DNA of 64,000 nt, taken from the NCBI RefSeq assembly GCF_001677475.2, contig NZ_CP015229.1; one strand, given 5' to 3'. The notes below the pieces were generated by a model. That model did not search any database. It saw only the letters and a list, made by a program, of their open reading frames with translations, and was not told where the DNA came from. This DNA is from Escherichia coli (GTDB lineage Bacteria > Pseudomonadota > Gammaproteobacteria > Enterobacterales > Enterobacteriaceae). Shown here piece after piece: positions 10,499 through 21,859 of the stretch. Positions within the stretch are counted from its first letter, which is position 1, and every line of letters begins with the position of its first letter. A program made the translations under genes and the position numbers.

Positions 10499-13294
10499 TT
10501 ATTTTGGCAATAATATTCCAGTATAAGTATTTACCGGATGAGAAAGATATTGTTTAACGGCAGTGTTAACATTCTCTACCGTCATTTGTTTCAACAATTG
10601 CTCCTGCTCAGTCCATGCTGCAGGATCGTCATATTGAATAAGACTATTTACAATAGTGTTCGCTAATTGTTGAACGCTACGCTGTTGGATATCGAGGCTG
10701 CGCTGAACGTTTTGCTGGTATTCATTCAGTTCTTGCTCACTGATCCCTTTAGCCAGACGCTTAACCATCACTTCATTCGCTAACGTTAACAGTTCATCAT
10801 GTCGTTCTGGTTGACAAGTAAAAGCCAGCAAATGACTGATATCTTTGGCCTCAGGATCAACCGAGAGGCGAGAAGAAACGCTGTATGCTCCAGATGCCTG
10901 TTCACGAATATTAACGCGTAGATCTTTTGCCAGTGCGACGTTAAAAGCATCGAGCGCCATACGCGTCTCCAGATTTACAGGTGTCCGGGAATCATAACGT
11001 TTCCACTGTGAAACCTGTGCCACAGGTTCATTTTGTTCTTTTACAGTAACCGATGCGTTGTCCGTCGCGCGAGTTAATGGTTTACCTGCGGCTAATGGCG
11101 AATCAGAGTGTTTGATTGATCCTAAGTAACGCGTAATTAACGCCACGAGTTTGTCTTCTGCGACATTACCGACAATGACAAACGTGATATCCGCTGGAGA
11201 TGAAAACAACTGGCGATCGGCAGCCAGCGCATCTGCGGCAGTAAACTGTGCAATCTGATTTTCTTGCAGTAATTTCGTGCGGTCATCAGCATAGCGCGTC
11301 TCATACATCTGCTGGGCGAATTTCTCCGCTGGACGCTGGTCGAGCGTTTTCAACGCCTGAATTTGAGCATTTTGTAGCGATGCCCAAATATTATCGTTAA
11401 TCGTGCTGTGGGTGATTCGCTGGTTAATCAACTGGAAACCAGGTTCAGGGTTATTAGTCCGCGTGCTAACAGAGAGCAATGTATTCATGCCACTGACTTT
11501 ACTGCTCATGGTTACCGAGTTTTCCGCACTCCAGCGTTTCAGGCTGGAAGAGGAGAGTTCACCAACGCCGCTTCCGCTTACTGCTTTATTTGCCAGCGCG
11601 ATAAGTGATTTTTGCTGCGCAGGGAAACTTAAATCGCCTTTATTAGATACGGCAGTAATTTGTAGCTTTTGCTCTTCACCCGCGGATTTTGCCAGAATAA
11701 CCCTGGCACCATTGGAAAGTGTTAATGATGTCAGATTCTCAGCCAGCGTTTCTTTGCTGCTAATTTCCGCCAGTGGGTCAGCGTCTACTGTTAACGATAA
11801 ATTTCTGCCTGGGAAGATGTAAGCCGCCAGCTTTTTGTTGGCGTACTCTTTTTCCAGCGCCAGGATAGCCGCAGGAGACAATGCTTTTTTGGCAGCAACC
11901 TCATTGTTTACCATTTGCTCCCAAAATGCATCCTGGTTCTTTCTTAACTGCTGCCATTTTTCCGCCAGACTTTGCACGGTAATTTGCTGCCACAGACGTT
12001 TCGAAAGTTGATATGTCTCTTCCGGCGACAAGAACGGCGTATTATTTAATGAGCTGGATGCCAGGCGACTGGTCAGCATACGTAAATCACGTTCAGCTTG
12101 CTGATCAACCGCATTTTTCAGCCAGGTGAGGCGGGTAGATTTGACATCATCGAGTTCTTCAGCAGAAAAACCATGCTGATCAATGGTTGCCAACTCTGCC
12201 ATTAATGCATTCGCAGCATCCTGCATATTATCGTCTCGTGCATTTACACGGAAAAACAGCGACTGATAATCGGGTGCAATTTTAACGCTGCGCGCAGTGC
12301 CGCCAGAAATAGTCTTCAACTCGCCCGACTGTATGCGTTCCTGCAGACGTTGATTGAACAGCTGAACTAACATGCTCCATTCCGCTTGTTCGATAAAGCT
12401 TTGCTCATCGTTCACTTGTACCATTGGCAGGCGATAATAGAGTGCGATGCCGTTCACCCGGTTTTCTTTATCATTAATGATATTAAAGCGCAGGTGATTT
12501 TCGGCTTTTGTCGGCCAGACGCGATTTTCAGCTGCTTTGTTAGCCGGAAGCTTACTTAAATTATCCTTTATCAGCGCCAGCGCTTCTTTACTGTCGATAT
12601 CGCCGACCACGATAAAGGTCATATTATTTGGTTGATACCAGCGTTGATAAAATTGGCGCAATTGTGCCGGTGTGACCGTGGCGACAGTATCCATCAGGCC
12701 GATAGGTTCACGGTCTAAATTACGGGTATTAGCCAGCAGGAAAGGGCGGCGCGCCTGAGAGGTGCGCCATTTCGCATCCTGATGGGCACGCCATTCCTCA
12801 GTAATTACGCCACGTTCAGCGTCAACTTCGAGTTTTTCAAAGGTTGCGGCATTACTCCATTCACTGAAGATTGCCATCACTTGTTGCAGATTTTGTTTCT
12901 GCGTAGTCGGCAAACTCACCTGATACACCGTTTCGTCATAGCTGGTATAGGCATTAACATCGCGACCAAAACGCAGGCCCATTGACTCAAATGTTTCGAT
13001 GACTTTATTACCCGGCCATGTTTTTGTGCCGTTAAACATCATATGTTCTACAAAATGAGCCACGCCGCGCTCATTGTCTTCTTCCTGCAATGAACCGGTA
13101 TGAATTTGCAGCCATAAATTTATCTGATCCTTTGGATGAGCATGCGGATAAATCATATATCGCAAGCCATTGTCCAGTTGCCCGGTAATTAACTTTTCAT
13201 CCTGCGGTAAGGCGGCGGCAATCAGCCGCCCGGGGAGCAACAGAGTTGCCACTAACGTCAGTAAGAAACAGAGGTTTCTCATAATTATCTCCAT
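10499..13294 (-). CDS. pqqL: Periplasmic M16-family zinc peptidase
   Basis: 931-aa ORF with signal peptide and HFVEH (inverted HXXEH) zinc motif; recognised as E. coli PqqL. Confidence 0.9.
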   Translation of the reverse strand: MEIIMRNLCFLLTLVATLLLPGRLIAAALPQDEKLITGQLDNGLRYMIYPHAHPKDQINLWLQIHTGSLQEEDNERGVAHFVEHMMFNGTKTWPGNKVIETFESMGLRFGRDVNAYTSYDETVYQVSLPTTQKQNLQQVMAIFSEWSNAATFEKLEVDAERGVITEEWRAHQDAKWRTSQARRPFLLANTRNLDREPIGLMDTVATVTPAQLRQFYQRWYQPNNMTFIVVGDIDSKEALALIKDNLSKLPANKAAENRVWPTKAENHLRFNIINDKENRVNGIALYYRLPMVQVNDEQSFIEQAEWSMLVQLFNQRLQERIQSGELKTISGGTARSVKIAPDYQSLFFRVNARDDNMQDAANALMAELATIDQHGFSAEELDDVKSTRLTWLKNAVDQQAERDLRMLTSRLASSSLNNTPFLSPEETYQLSKRLWQQITVQSLAEKWQQLRKNQDAFWEQMVNNEVAAKKALSPAAILALEKEYANKKLAAYIFPGRNLSLTVDADPLAEISSKETLAENLTSLTLSNGARVILAKSAGEEQKLQITAVSNKGDLSFPAQQKSLIALANKAVSGSGVGELSSSSLKRWSAENSVTMSSKVSGMNTLLSVSTRTNNPEPGFQLINQRITHSTINDNIWASLQNAQIQALKTLDQRPAEKFAQQMYETRYADDRTKLLQENQIAQFTAADALAADRQLFSSPADITFVIVGNVAEDKLVALITRYLGSIKHSDSPLAAGKPLTRATDNASVTVKEQNEPVAQVSQWKRYDSRTPVNLETRMALDAFNVALAKDLRVNIREQASGAYSVSSRLSVDPEAKDISHLLAFTCQPERHDELLTLANEVMVKRLAKGISEQELNEYQQNVQRSLDIQQRSVQQLANTIVNSLIQYDDPAAWTEQEQLLKQMTVENVNTAVKQYLSHPVNTYTGILLPK

Positions 13295-13338
13295 GCGAAA
13301 ACCGGGCGAATTTACCCGGTTAAGTAAAATCCGAACTA

Positions 13339-15711
13339 TTAAAATTTCATGCTGACATCAAGCCAGAAAGTACGGCCACTGGCGTAGGTCGCCACACCGG
13401 TATTCGTTGTATCAACAGCGGTTTTGCTATCCAGTACATTGAGAATATCGGCACTGATCGTCAGGTTTTGTTGTTTCAGAAATTGTGGCGTCCAGGACAA
13501 GCGGGTGTCCCAGGTCAGGCTGCTATCCAGTTTTTCGTCAACATACTGCTTGTAATCTGAATATTCGCTGTTGTATTGCGCATTCGTCTTACCCAGGATA
13601 ATGCGAGCTTTACGCGCTTCTTGCCAGGCCAGCGTATTCGCCCACACCAACCCGCTCGGTTGATGCGTGAAATCCATGTTTAAGGAGATCTTTAATGGGT
13701 TATTAAAATCCGCCACTGGAACGCTATCGTAAGAAACCAGATTACCGTTATAAACCACCTGGTTATCACCGGTATTGCTCTCCTCATAACCATTGTTTAA
13801 CGACAAGTTGCCCTTGCTCTTGATATAGCTAAAGACAATTTGCGGGTTAATATCTACCTGGCTGATATGCAGGGGTTCGGCCAGTTCAAGACTGAGGTTA
13901 AACGAATGCGTTTTGGTTTTGCCGTCGTTGTTATATTCAGTAATGGTGGTTTTAGTCGCGCTGTCGGTACGACTGCTTTTGCTGATTTGATCATGCGCTT
14001 CACGGTAAACATAGTTTGCGCGCGCAATAACGTTCTTACCGAATTTTTGCTGCAATCCCATTGCCAGTTCATCGTTATAAGGCGTTTTCAAATCCTGATA
14101 ACGCGTCAGGGTTTTATTGCCTGATACAGATTCCGTCCAGCTATTGCGGATATCACGTAATCCCATATCAAGAATATTCCCGCCATAGTAACGGTTATAA
14201 CCTGCGGTAATCATTGAGGTTTGATCAGCAAAAATATCCCATTCCGTCATAAAGCGTGGGGAAATATTGTGGTTTGACAGATAGTTGTCATAGTCATACC
14301 GCACGCCGGGCATTAACGACACATTACGCCAGCTAATGCGATCCGCCATATACAGCGTGTAGTTGTCAATTCCCAGGCTGCCTTTACCTTTATGGTAAAT
14401 GGTATGGTTAGTTTTCTTTCCGGCAGCATTAATCACATAGGATTCAGACTGGTTATGGCGTTCGGTCCATGCATCGGAATAGATGTATTCCGCGCCGAAG
14501 TAGGGTTGATGAGAAACATTACCCACGGTGAATTTTTGCCAGTCCAGGCGTGTTTTGAAGGTGTAATTATCTACAGCCTGGGAAATGTGTCCTAATCCGC
14601 CACGGGTGCAACGCCCTGTAATATCACCATATGTACATGAAAGTTCGGTGTACCAGATGTCATGATCGTGACGGGTATAATCACTAATATGATCCCAACC
14701 AACGGTGGTACGTAGTTTGGCCCATGCGAGATGCGTATCCATATCCCATGCCAGACCGTAGGATTTATTACCCATTTCGCGATCAGACTGCGGGAAGGTG
14801 CTGGTATTATAATCACGGCTGGAGCCGGTATATTTTAAGGTTAAATCGTGGGTAAAGCGGTCGCTGGCAAACCAGGTAAATTTGCTCACTGCGGTATCGA
14901 TAACGTTTTTGTACTGTGCCCGACCGGCGACAATGCCGTCATTCGAAACATAATCCGCGCGGGTGATATCAGACTGGCGGCGCGATAAACCGGCGGTAAC
15001 GCCGAAGTTATGAGCGAGTTCCTGATTAAATGACAAAGTATAAAAGTTCTTTTTAAAATCTGGAGAGTAATAAGTACTTCCTGAAGAACCTTGATTAAAT
15101 GCGCTCTTGTTATTCTCATCGATATGCGATGTTAACCAGTCCGAACGCGTAGTGCGGTAACCCAGTTTCACGCTGCTATCATCAGCGTTGAAGCGTTTGA
15201 TCTTTGCATCAATTACCCCGCCATTGAAGCGACCAAATTCAACCGGCACAAAACTGTCATAAAGCGTCACATTGTCCAGTAAGCTGACATCAAGATAATA
15301 CCCCTGTGACATCCCGCTAATATTGGTTGCACTACTGGCATCGGACTCATTCGCTGGGTTCAGGTTATTAGTTGCACTAATACCGTCAATCAAATAGGCA
15401 TTCTGGTAGGGCGACGCACCGTGAATAGAGATTTTCTCCGGGCGAATATCTCCCTGGTTCAACGAGGTACTTTGCGTTGAATCCATGCGTACCGCAGGGT
15501 TGGTTCTCAGCAGATCGCTGATATTGCCATTCCCGGTCGGTAAACGCTCGATGCTTTCACTGGTGTAATGCGTGTTGCCGTTTACGGGTACAGGGACAGG
15601 AGCATAGACCGTCATCTCTTCAAAAAAATGCATGTACATGTTTTTGTCATCGACGGCCTGCGCCACATCAGCGCCACATAAAATGACGCCAGGAATAAGA
15701 ACTCGCTTCAT
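13339..15711 (-). CDS. yddB: TonB-dependent outer-membrane receptor
   Basis: 790-aa ORF with signal peptide and C-terminal aromatic residue (…VSMKF); recognised as YddB, partner of PqqL. Confidence 0.85.
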   Translation of the reverse strand: MKRVLIPGVILCGADVAQAVDDKNMYMHFFEEMTVYAPVPVPVNGNTHYTSESIERLPTGNGNISDLLRTNPAVRMDSTQSTSLNQGDIRPEKISIHGASPYQNAYLIDGISATNNLNPANESDASSATNISGMSQGYYLDVSLLDNVTLYDSFVPVEFGRFNGGVIDAKIKRFNADDSSVKLGYRTTRSDWLTSHIDENNKSAFNQGSSGSTYYSPDFKKNFYTLSFNQELAHNFGVTAGLSRRQSDITRADYVSNDGIVAGRAQYKNVIDTAVSKFTWFASDRFTHDLTLKYTGSSRDYNTSTFPQSDREMGNKSYGLAWDMDTHLAWAKLRTTVGWDHISDYTRHDHDIWYTELSCTYGDITGRCTRGGLGHISQAVDNYTFKTRLDWQKFTVGNVSHQPYFGAEYIYSDAWTERHNQSESYVINAAGKKTNHTIYHKGKGSLGIDNYTLYMADRISWRNVSLMPGVRYDYDNYLSNHNISPRFMTEWDIFADQTSMITAGYNRYYGGNILDMGLRDIRNSWTESVSGNKTLTRYQDLKTPYNDELAMGLQQKFGKNVIARANYVYREAHDQISKSSRTDSATKTTITEYNNDGKTKTHSFNLSLELAEPLHISQVDINPQIVFSYIKSKGNLSLNNGYEESNTGDNQVVYNGNLVSYDSVPVADFNNPLKISLNMDFTHQPSGLVWANTLAWQEARKARIILGKTNAQYNSEYSDYKQYVDEKLDSSLTWDTRLSWTPQFLKQQNLTISADILNVLDSKTAVDTTNTGVATYASGRTFWLDVSMKF

Positions 15712-15748
15712 TTATTTATATCTCCGTACAGCAGGGCTTTTATTGTTT

Positions 15749-17434
15749 TTATAAAACCGCGCTAATGTCACAAATATCATCAGCCAGGTTCCAGACACCG
15801 GGTTGATGTGTAACCATAATGACGCCGCTTGTGGGTAGTTTTTCACGCACTAAACGCAGTAAGCGGATAGCCTCTTGTTCCTCAAGATGAGAGGTAGTTT
15901 CGTCAAGAAATATCCATTTCGGACGTCGTAAAATTAATCGTGCCAGGGCGATACGTTGTTTTTCGCCGCTGGAAAGAATATCTCCCCAGCGATCGTGGTC
16001 ATGAATACGCGCAGCCAATTTCCCCAGACCAACCTGATGCAGTACTTCGCTCAACGATTTATCGTCTACGGGCAGGGGAAGTGCTTTACAAATAATCTCT
16101 TTCAGTAAGCCGGTTTTGATTAACGGTGTTTGTGACACATACCAACTGTCAGCAGGAGAAGAAATATAACCTTTAAACCACGGCCAGCAGTGAGATAATG
16201 TTTTAAGCAGTGTGGTTTTTCCCGCACCAGAGTAACCTTTCAGTAATAGCCATTTGCCTGGCGGAACATGAAAGTTCAGGTTCTCTAATATGATCTTATT
16301 ATCAGGGGTACGAATACTCGCGTCAGCCACTTGTACCGCATGTTGGCAATTTTTAGGCTTATTCGTAGGGCGCTGTTCGGTGAGTTGATGGAACTCATAC
16401 AAGCGATCGATAACCGCAGCCAGTTCAGCAATTTCATCATATTTATAAATAAACCAGCTTAAATTGTTCGATACCAGCATAAATGCCTGGCGCGATTTCA
16501 TAAGTCCGCCCAGATTGATCTGTCCGCTAATAAACTGCGGCAATAACAGAAAGTAGGGAAGAACGCTAAGCGAACGCGAATAAATATTCTGCCAGTAATC
16601 AAGCCACCGCTGACGATTCATTAAACGATGCCAGTTCTCTTTAATGGTATGAAAATTGTCGCTCAACTCCTGGCGTTGTAGAGACTCAGCATTGCTTAGC
16701 GCAATCAGTTCTGCCTGTTTATTATGCTGCACAAGATTAGTTCGAAATGTCGCTTCGCTACGTTGTTTTTCCACATTAAGCGGACGAATACGTTTACCCA
16801 CCTTATGGGTAAATAAAGTTCCACCGATCACAATGAGCACGACGGTATAGACCATATACCCCTGGATATTCCATTCTGTTCCACCAACAGTGAATGAGAG
16901 CGTACCCGCACTTTGCCAAAGAATAACGGTAAAGGTGATCAGCATGCTAAGCGACTGGATGAAGCCAAATGAAAGGCTGAGCGTTTTACTGATCAGTAAG
17001 AGAATGTCCTCAGCGATACGTTGGTCAGGGTTATCTGTATTTTTATGCTCGCCGTAGATTTGCGTGAAGTAGTAGTTTTTATCTGCAAACCAGCGATTAA
17101 GATAGTAATCTGTTAACCATTCGCGCCAGCGAATAGTCAGTAGTTTAATTAACCATGTTTTGTTTACGGATATTAATACAAAGATCCCCAGCAGGGCAGG
17201 GAACCAAAGAACAAGCTGCCAAAGCTTATCGGTTTCTTTCTGGCTTAGCGCATTGAAAAAATCATTATTCCAGTCGTTTAACCAGACCTGAATTTTAACA
17301 ACGCCAAGGATCATGGCGAGGATAATAATGATTAACAGCACTGAAGTTTTATTATTCTTACGCAGCCAAAAGGGCTTCAGCAGACAGAGATACTTTGCTA
17401 TCAACATACAAAACGTAATGGGAATGGTTATCAT
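15749..17434 (-). CDS. yddA: Fused ABC transporter permease/ATP-binding protein
   Basis: 561-aa ORF; N-terminal transmembrane region, C-terminal Walker A (GYSGAGKTT) and signature LSSGEKQR. Confidence 0.85.
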   Translation of the reverse strand: MITIPITFCMLIAKYLCLLKPFWLRKNNKTSVLLIIIILAMILGVVKIQVWLNDWNNDFFNALSQKETDKLWQLVLWFPALLGIFVLISVNKTWLIKLLTIRWREWLTDYYLNRWFADKNYYFTQIYGEHKNTDNPDQRIAEDILLLISKTLSLSFGFIQSLSMLITFTVILWQSAGTLSFTVGGTEWNIQGYMVYTVVLIVIGGTLFTHKVGKRIRPLNVEKQRSEATFRTNLVQHNKQAELIALSNAESLQRQELSDNFHTIKENWHRLMNRQRWLDYWQNIYSRSLSVLPYFLLLPQFISGQINLGGLMKSRQAFMLVSNNLSWFIYKYDEIAELAAVIDRLYEFHQLTEQRPTNKPKNCQHAVQVADASIRTPDNKIILENLNFHVPPGKWLLLKGYSGAGKTTLLKTLSHCWPWFKGYISSPADSWYVSQTPLIKTGLLKEIICKALPLPVDDKSLSEVLHQVGLGKLAARIHDHDRWGDILSSGEKQRIALARLILRRPKWIFLDETTSHLEEQEAIRLLRLVREKLPTSGVIMVTHQPGVWNLADDICDISAVL

Positions 17435-17730
17435 TAGCGAAAATTGATTGTGCCATCCAATGATTGTCTATGGCAATGATTTACTGATGAAATTTATTTA
17501 AGTGTCATTTAACAATATGAAATATAAAGGAATATTTCATTTTCAGTGGTTATGGTTATGCTATTGATAATCAAGGATATTGCTAATGCTAATGCCCTGA
17601 CGCATACCACGTAAGCCAGGATTTTCGCAAGGGAAGATGATGATGACGAAACACCCGACAGGAATATGTGTCGGGTGCATTGTTAAGGTCATAAGAAGGA
17701 GGCTAAGACTGGAGCTAAGAGGGAGCGTTA

Positions 17731-18888
17731 TTAATTATTCTCCATTTGTCTTGCAACATCCATGATGTGGTAAAGCGGTACTCTGTTCTTAGCTAACTCC
17801 ACCATGGCGTTCAAATAAGGCACCATGGTTGAAAAAAGGATTTTATAACCTTCACAAAAATAGGAAACAGTCTCATTGTTTACTTTAGTAATACGATGCT
17901 TAGGACAACCGCCATTGCAGATAGGTTTATATGCACATTGCTGACATTTCGCTGAAATCCGTTTTTTTTGCGCTGTCAGTTGAACACTGTTCATCGTTTT
18001 GAGTTCAGATTTATTAATGTTTCCAATTTTGTACTGTGGATAGACAAAATGGTCGCATTCGTAAATGTCTCCATTACTTTCAACAACCAGATTATCCTTG
18101 CAGGACTCCTGGAAAATACAACTGGTATGCCCATTCCCCAAAAAACGGCTGACAAAGCTTTCAAACTGACGGATGAAAATTTCACCCACATCGTTTTTAA
18201 CCCATTGCATAAAAATGGTCGACATAAACTTGCCATAAGCCGTAGGAGGCACAGAAAAATCAATGATACGGAATGTGTTCTCACTATGACCACTGAAATC
18301 AATATTCGGCGTCCCGGTTTCGAGCAATTCGATAAATTGCATATGTTTACTGCCGATAGATTTTAAAAAATGATAAACCTCAAGAGGGTAATGGACATTA
18401 ACGTTATTAATGACGGTTAACGTATTAAACTCTACTTGATATGATTTCAGACGCTCGATGGCTGCTATCACTTTTGTAAAAGTACCGTTACCTGAATTAC
18501 TGCGTCTGTAACGGTCATGTAGCTCCTGGGGTCCATCGATCGAGATACCAACCAGAAACTCATGTTCTTTGAGAAAGGCACACCATTCATTATTCAATAA
18601 AATGCCATTCGTTTGTAATGCATTAAAAATACGTTTTTGGCCTGCATAGCGTTGTTGATAGTGAATAACTTTACGGAAAAAATCCAGGCCAGCCAGAGTG
18701 GGTTCACCGCCTTGCCAGGTAAAATAGACCTGATTGCCAGACGCTGCGATATATTGTTTGATGAACTCTTTCAGAGTGCTGTCATCCATCCATTTTTCAT
18801 GAGTAAACTGCGACTCTTTTTCAAGGTAAAAACAGTAATCACATTTGAGATTACATTGAAAACTGGAGGGCTTGGCTGTAACGTGCAT
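17731..18888 (-). CDS. ydeM: Radical-SAM anaerobic sulfatase-maturating enzyme homolog
   Basis: ORF 17731..18903 trimmed to [21 protein letters not shown]... (385 aa); CxxxCxxC radical-SAM motif. Confidence 0.85.
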   Translation of the reverse strand: MHVTAKPSSFQCNLKCDYCFYLEKESQFTHEKWMDDSTLKEFIKQYIAASGNQVYFTWQGGEPTLAGLDFFRKVIHYQQRYAGQKRIFNALQTNGILLNNEWCAFLKEHEFLVGISIDGPQELHDRYRRSNSGNGTFTKVIAAIERLKSYQVEFNTLTVINNVNVHYPLEVYHFLKSIGSKHMQFIELLETGTPNIDFSGHSENTFRIIDFSVPPTAYGKFMSTIFMQWVKNDVGEIFIRQFESFVSRFLGNGHTSCIFQESCKDNLVVESNGDIYECDHFVYPQYKIGNINKSELKTMNSVQLTAQKKRISAKCQQCAYKPICNGGCPKHRITKVNNETVSYFCEGYKILFSTMVPYLNAMVELAKNRVPLYHIMDVARQMENN

Positions 18889-18939
18889 CGCTATCTCGCT
18901 CAATAAGGCGGCGGAAAATTCCGCCGCATGAAGGTTTAG

Positions 18940-20622
18940 TTATTTCGCTTCGCTTAGTGCTTTCTTGATATTGTTAAACTTCTCCTGATTTACCTCGCTA
19001 AGCGGTGGCTGGCTGCTGTCGATAAACTCTCTTACCACGCCTTGCATCTCTTTAACGACCTGCGGATTGGCGGCGGCAAGGTTATCTTTTTGCTGTAGAT
19101 CCGTCAGTTTGTATAGACCTAACTGATTGTTTTCTACTGTATAGACAAGCGAATAATCGTTATTTCTCACCGTATAAGAGAATTGGCTTAAGTCCTCAGT
19201 GTTGGGGTTATGCGGGTAATCGTCTGACTGATGACGGACAAATTTGTGGTAATTATCCCAGAATGGAATATTTTCCTCGTCAAACCAGTGAGAATAAGAG
19301 GTTATCCAGGTCAGATTTTTATGTGGCTCGCCTTGTTTCTTATCTTGCAACCAGGGCAGCAAGGAAACGCCATCCAGCTTAAGGTCTTTTGGAATGCTGA
19401 TATCGGCTGCATCAAGAGCTGTCGGGTAGAAATCCATTGCGGAAATCAGCTTGTCATAATTACCGGGTTGAAGTTTTCCTTTCCACCACATAAACATTGG
19501 GGTGTGAGTACCGCCAGGATAGGTCTGACTCTTATAGCCTTTTTGCGCCCCGTTCAGCGGCAGAGGACCATCGATAACCGCACCATTATCGGAGGTAAAG
19601 AGAATAATTGTATTGTCATACTGTCCGTTTTTCTTCAGTTGTTCGAGAATGCGTTTTACACCCTGATCAACAGAATAAACGGAAGCGTAGTAGTTATCTG
19701 CCGTTTGACTACCGGTATTAAATTGCTTCTGATATTGCTCCGGTGCAGGATTATCATTTGGCAGGTGCGGAGCATTATAAGCCAGGTAAAGCATAAAAGG
19801 CTGGTCAAGTGTTTTGGCACGATCAACAACGCCAATTGCCTCATCGGTTAACTGATCGCTGATATAACCTTTTGCGGGGACGCGTTCACGATTTTTGAAC
19901 AGTGAAGGGGAGTTGTAATATGCCGTTCCTGCAGCGTGGAATCCCATAAAGTAATCAAAGCCACGGTTTTGCGGTTGCCATTCTTCCGCAGAAAATGTGG
20001 TGAAGTTGTCATGATAGTCACGCGTTTGTTTATCTTCCGGTACCGGCACATTACTGATTTTTGACAAGTGCCATTTACCTACTGCTGCAGTGTAATAACC
20101 ATGATTCTGGAATAATTCAGGCAAGAAAGTTTCTGTTAGCGGAATACCATCCTGAGCATCAGTATTGGAATAGACACCAAAGCGGGCGGGTGCTCGACCG
20201 GTCATTATTGCGGCGCGGGAGGGGCCGGAAACACCGTGCGCCACATAGCCGTTAGTAAAACGTACGCCTTCATCCATTAATGAAAGGAGCGTCGGCGTTG
20301 ATTTTTGCGCAGCTTCAATGGCTTTATCTATCCCTATTTTGTAGGTATCGACAACTTCACGATTTTCCATTGTTTTTGGGTCAAAAGATCCCTTATCAAA
20401 AGGAAGTTGTCCATAACCAAGATCATCCATGGTCAGTACGATAATATTTGGCTTTCCTTTGGTACTGTATTCAGTCGGCGTAAAGTCTGAGAAAGCAACG
20501 TTTGTTTTGGTTGCTTTCAGCTTTACATCATCTGCCGCATGAGCAGCAAATGCAGTCATACCAGATGCCAGTATCAAAGATATCGAGGTACTTACGACAC
20601 TTTTCTTTAATGCAGACTTCAT
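18940..20622 (-). CDS. ydeN: Putative sulfatase (secreted)
   Basis: ORF 18940..20655 trimmed to MKSALKKSVVSTSISLILASG... (560 aa); adjacent to its putative maturase ydeM. Confidence 0.85.
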   Translation of the reverse strand: MKSALKKSVVSTSISLILASGMTAFAAHAADDVKLKATKTNVAFSDFTPTEYSTKGKPNIIVLTMDDLGYGQLPFDKGSFDPKTMENREVVDTYKIGIDKAIEAAQKSTPTLLSLMDEGVRFTNGYVAHGVSGPSRAAIMTGRAPARFGVYSNTDAQDGIPLTETFLPELFQNHGYYTAAVGKWHLSKISNVPVPEDKQTRDYHDNFTTFSAEEWQPQNRGFDYFMGFHAAGTAYYNSPSLFKNRERVPAKGYISDQLTDEAIGVVDRAKTLDQPFMLYLAYNAPHLPNDNPAPEQYQKQFNTGSQTADNYYASVYSVDQGVKRILEQLKKNGQYDNTIILFTSDNGAVIDGPLPLNGAQKGYKSQTYPGGTHTPMFMWWKGKLQPGNYDKLISAMDFYPTALDAADISIPKDLKLDGVSLLPWLQDKKQGEPHKNLTWITSYSHWFDEENIPFWDNYHKFVRHQSDDYPHNPNTEDLSQFSYTVRNNDYSLVYTVENNQLGLYKLTDLQQKDNLAAANPQVVKEMQGVVREFIDSSQPPLSEVNQEKFNNIKKALSEAK

Positions 20623-20954
20623 AAATGTTCCTCTTCTTATTGTACTTAATTCCAAAGTAATTTTACGAAGAGAAATAAGTGGATGTAAGTGAAGTTAGTC
20701 ACATAAAGAGATAGCAGATTTAGCTAAAAAAAGGGAAATAACAGTCCATAAAGCGTTGACATTACTTTTTGTTCTACTAAGTAATTTCTCGACGATAAAC
20801 AACTAATCTATTGATATTTAATAAATTATTGTATTTTACTGACAAAATGCCGAATTAAGATCATAAATAATCATGCAACAGGTTATGCAAATGCATAAAT
20901 ATGTGATGAATGTCACTTATTTATTTCAATAAATATATCGCCTAAAAACAACGC

Positions 20955-20975
20955 GGGGCAGGAAATGGCTGCCCC
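20955..20975 (-). terminator. Putative intrinsic terminator downstream of ydeO
   Basis: Hairpin ggggcag-gaaatgg-ctgcccc followed on the transcript by gcgttgttttt. Confidence 0.5.
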
Positions 20976-21023
20976 ATTTAATTCTTACGTAGCGTGTGTG
21001 GTTGACTACTCGTTAGCAAATAA

Positions 21024-21785
21024 TCAAATAGCTAAAGCATTCATCGTGTTGCCCTTATTCATACCCGTGTGCCTTTGACAACGGTACTCCTTAGAAACTC
21101 TCTTTGGACTGTTGCCAAAATGTTTGCGGAACGCATAAATAAAATAAGATGTACTGGCATAACCACATTGTTCGGCAATTTTATTGACTGAACCTTCTAC
21201 GCGTATCAAATTTTTTGCGTGCTGCATTCTGGCATCTAAAAGAATCTGTGAGAATGTCGTTTGCTCTTGCTTAAGTTTTTTCTTCAACAGGCTTTCACTG
21301 ATGTACAGGCAGTCACAAATATCTTTCAGCTTCCATGGGTGCGCCAGCTTCATGTTGACAATATTTCTCACTTTCCCGGAAACGGATAGCACACCGTTAG
21401 TTAATAGTGTAATGAAACCTTTGCATGCGGCAAAAATAGACAGGCAAGAAAAAAGCAAAAGTTCTGAAAAATTATGATGATTGCGTTCTTCCGAGTTGAG
21501 ATAAGCAATCATTTCATTAAGCAATCCAGTCGGTACATTTGAAGCACGTAAAAACTTCGCAGGAACAGGCACCGTCACTGTCTGGATGTTAGTGCATTGT
21601 AGATATTTTTTAATGGTATTTTCATTAAATCCGATTTCTTTAAAATGCCGCTCATAAGGTTCAAAATGCGTACGAACAGCGTTATCTACCATCAAGATCT
21701 CGCCGTCAGAGAAGGCGTAATCTTTATCTAAAATGTTAGCGTTGAAGGCATGATGAATAAATATAACAGAACAAACGAGCGACAT
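21024..21785 (-). CDS. ydeO: AraC-family acid-resistance transcriptional activator
   Basis: 253-aa ORF MSLVCSVIFIHHAFNANILDKDYAFSDG... with C-terminal AraC HTH; recognised as YdeO. Confidence 0.92.
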   Translation of the reverse strand: MSLVCSVIFIHHAFNANILDKDYAFSDGEILMVDNAVRTHFEPYERHFKEIGFNENTIKKYLQCTNIQTVTVPVPAKFLRASNVPTGLLNEMIAYLNSEERNHHNFSELLLFSCLSIFAACKGFITLLTNGVLSVSGKVRNIVNMKLAHPWKLKDICDCLYISESLLKKKLKQEQTTFSQILLDARMQHAKNLIRVEGSVNKIAEQCGYASTSYFIYAFRKHFGNSPKRVSKEYRCQRHTGMNKGNTMNALAI

Positions 21786-21859
21786 TTTATCTCCTTAAAA
21801 CAATAAAGTTTTTATCGATACTTTTTTAACATTTCATATTTATAATTTGCTGTTTATTT

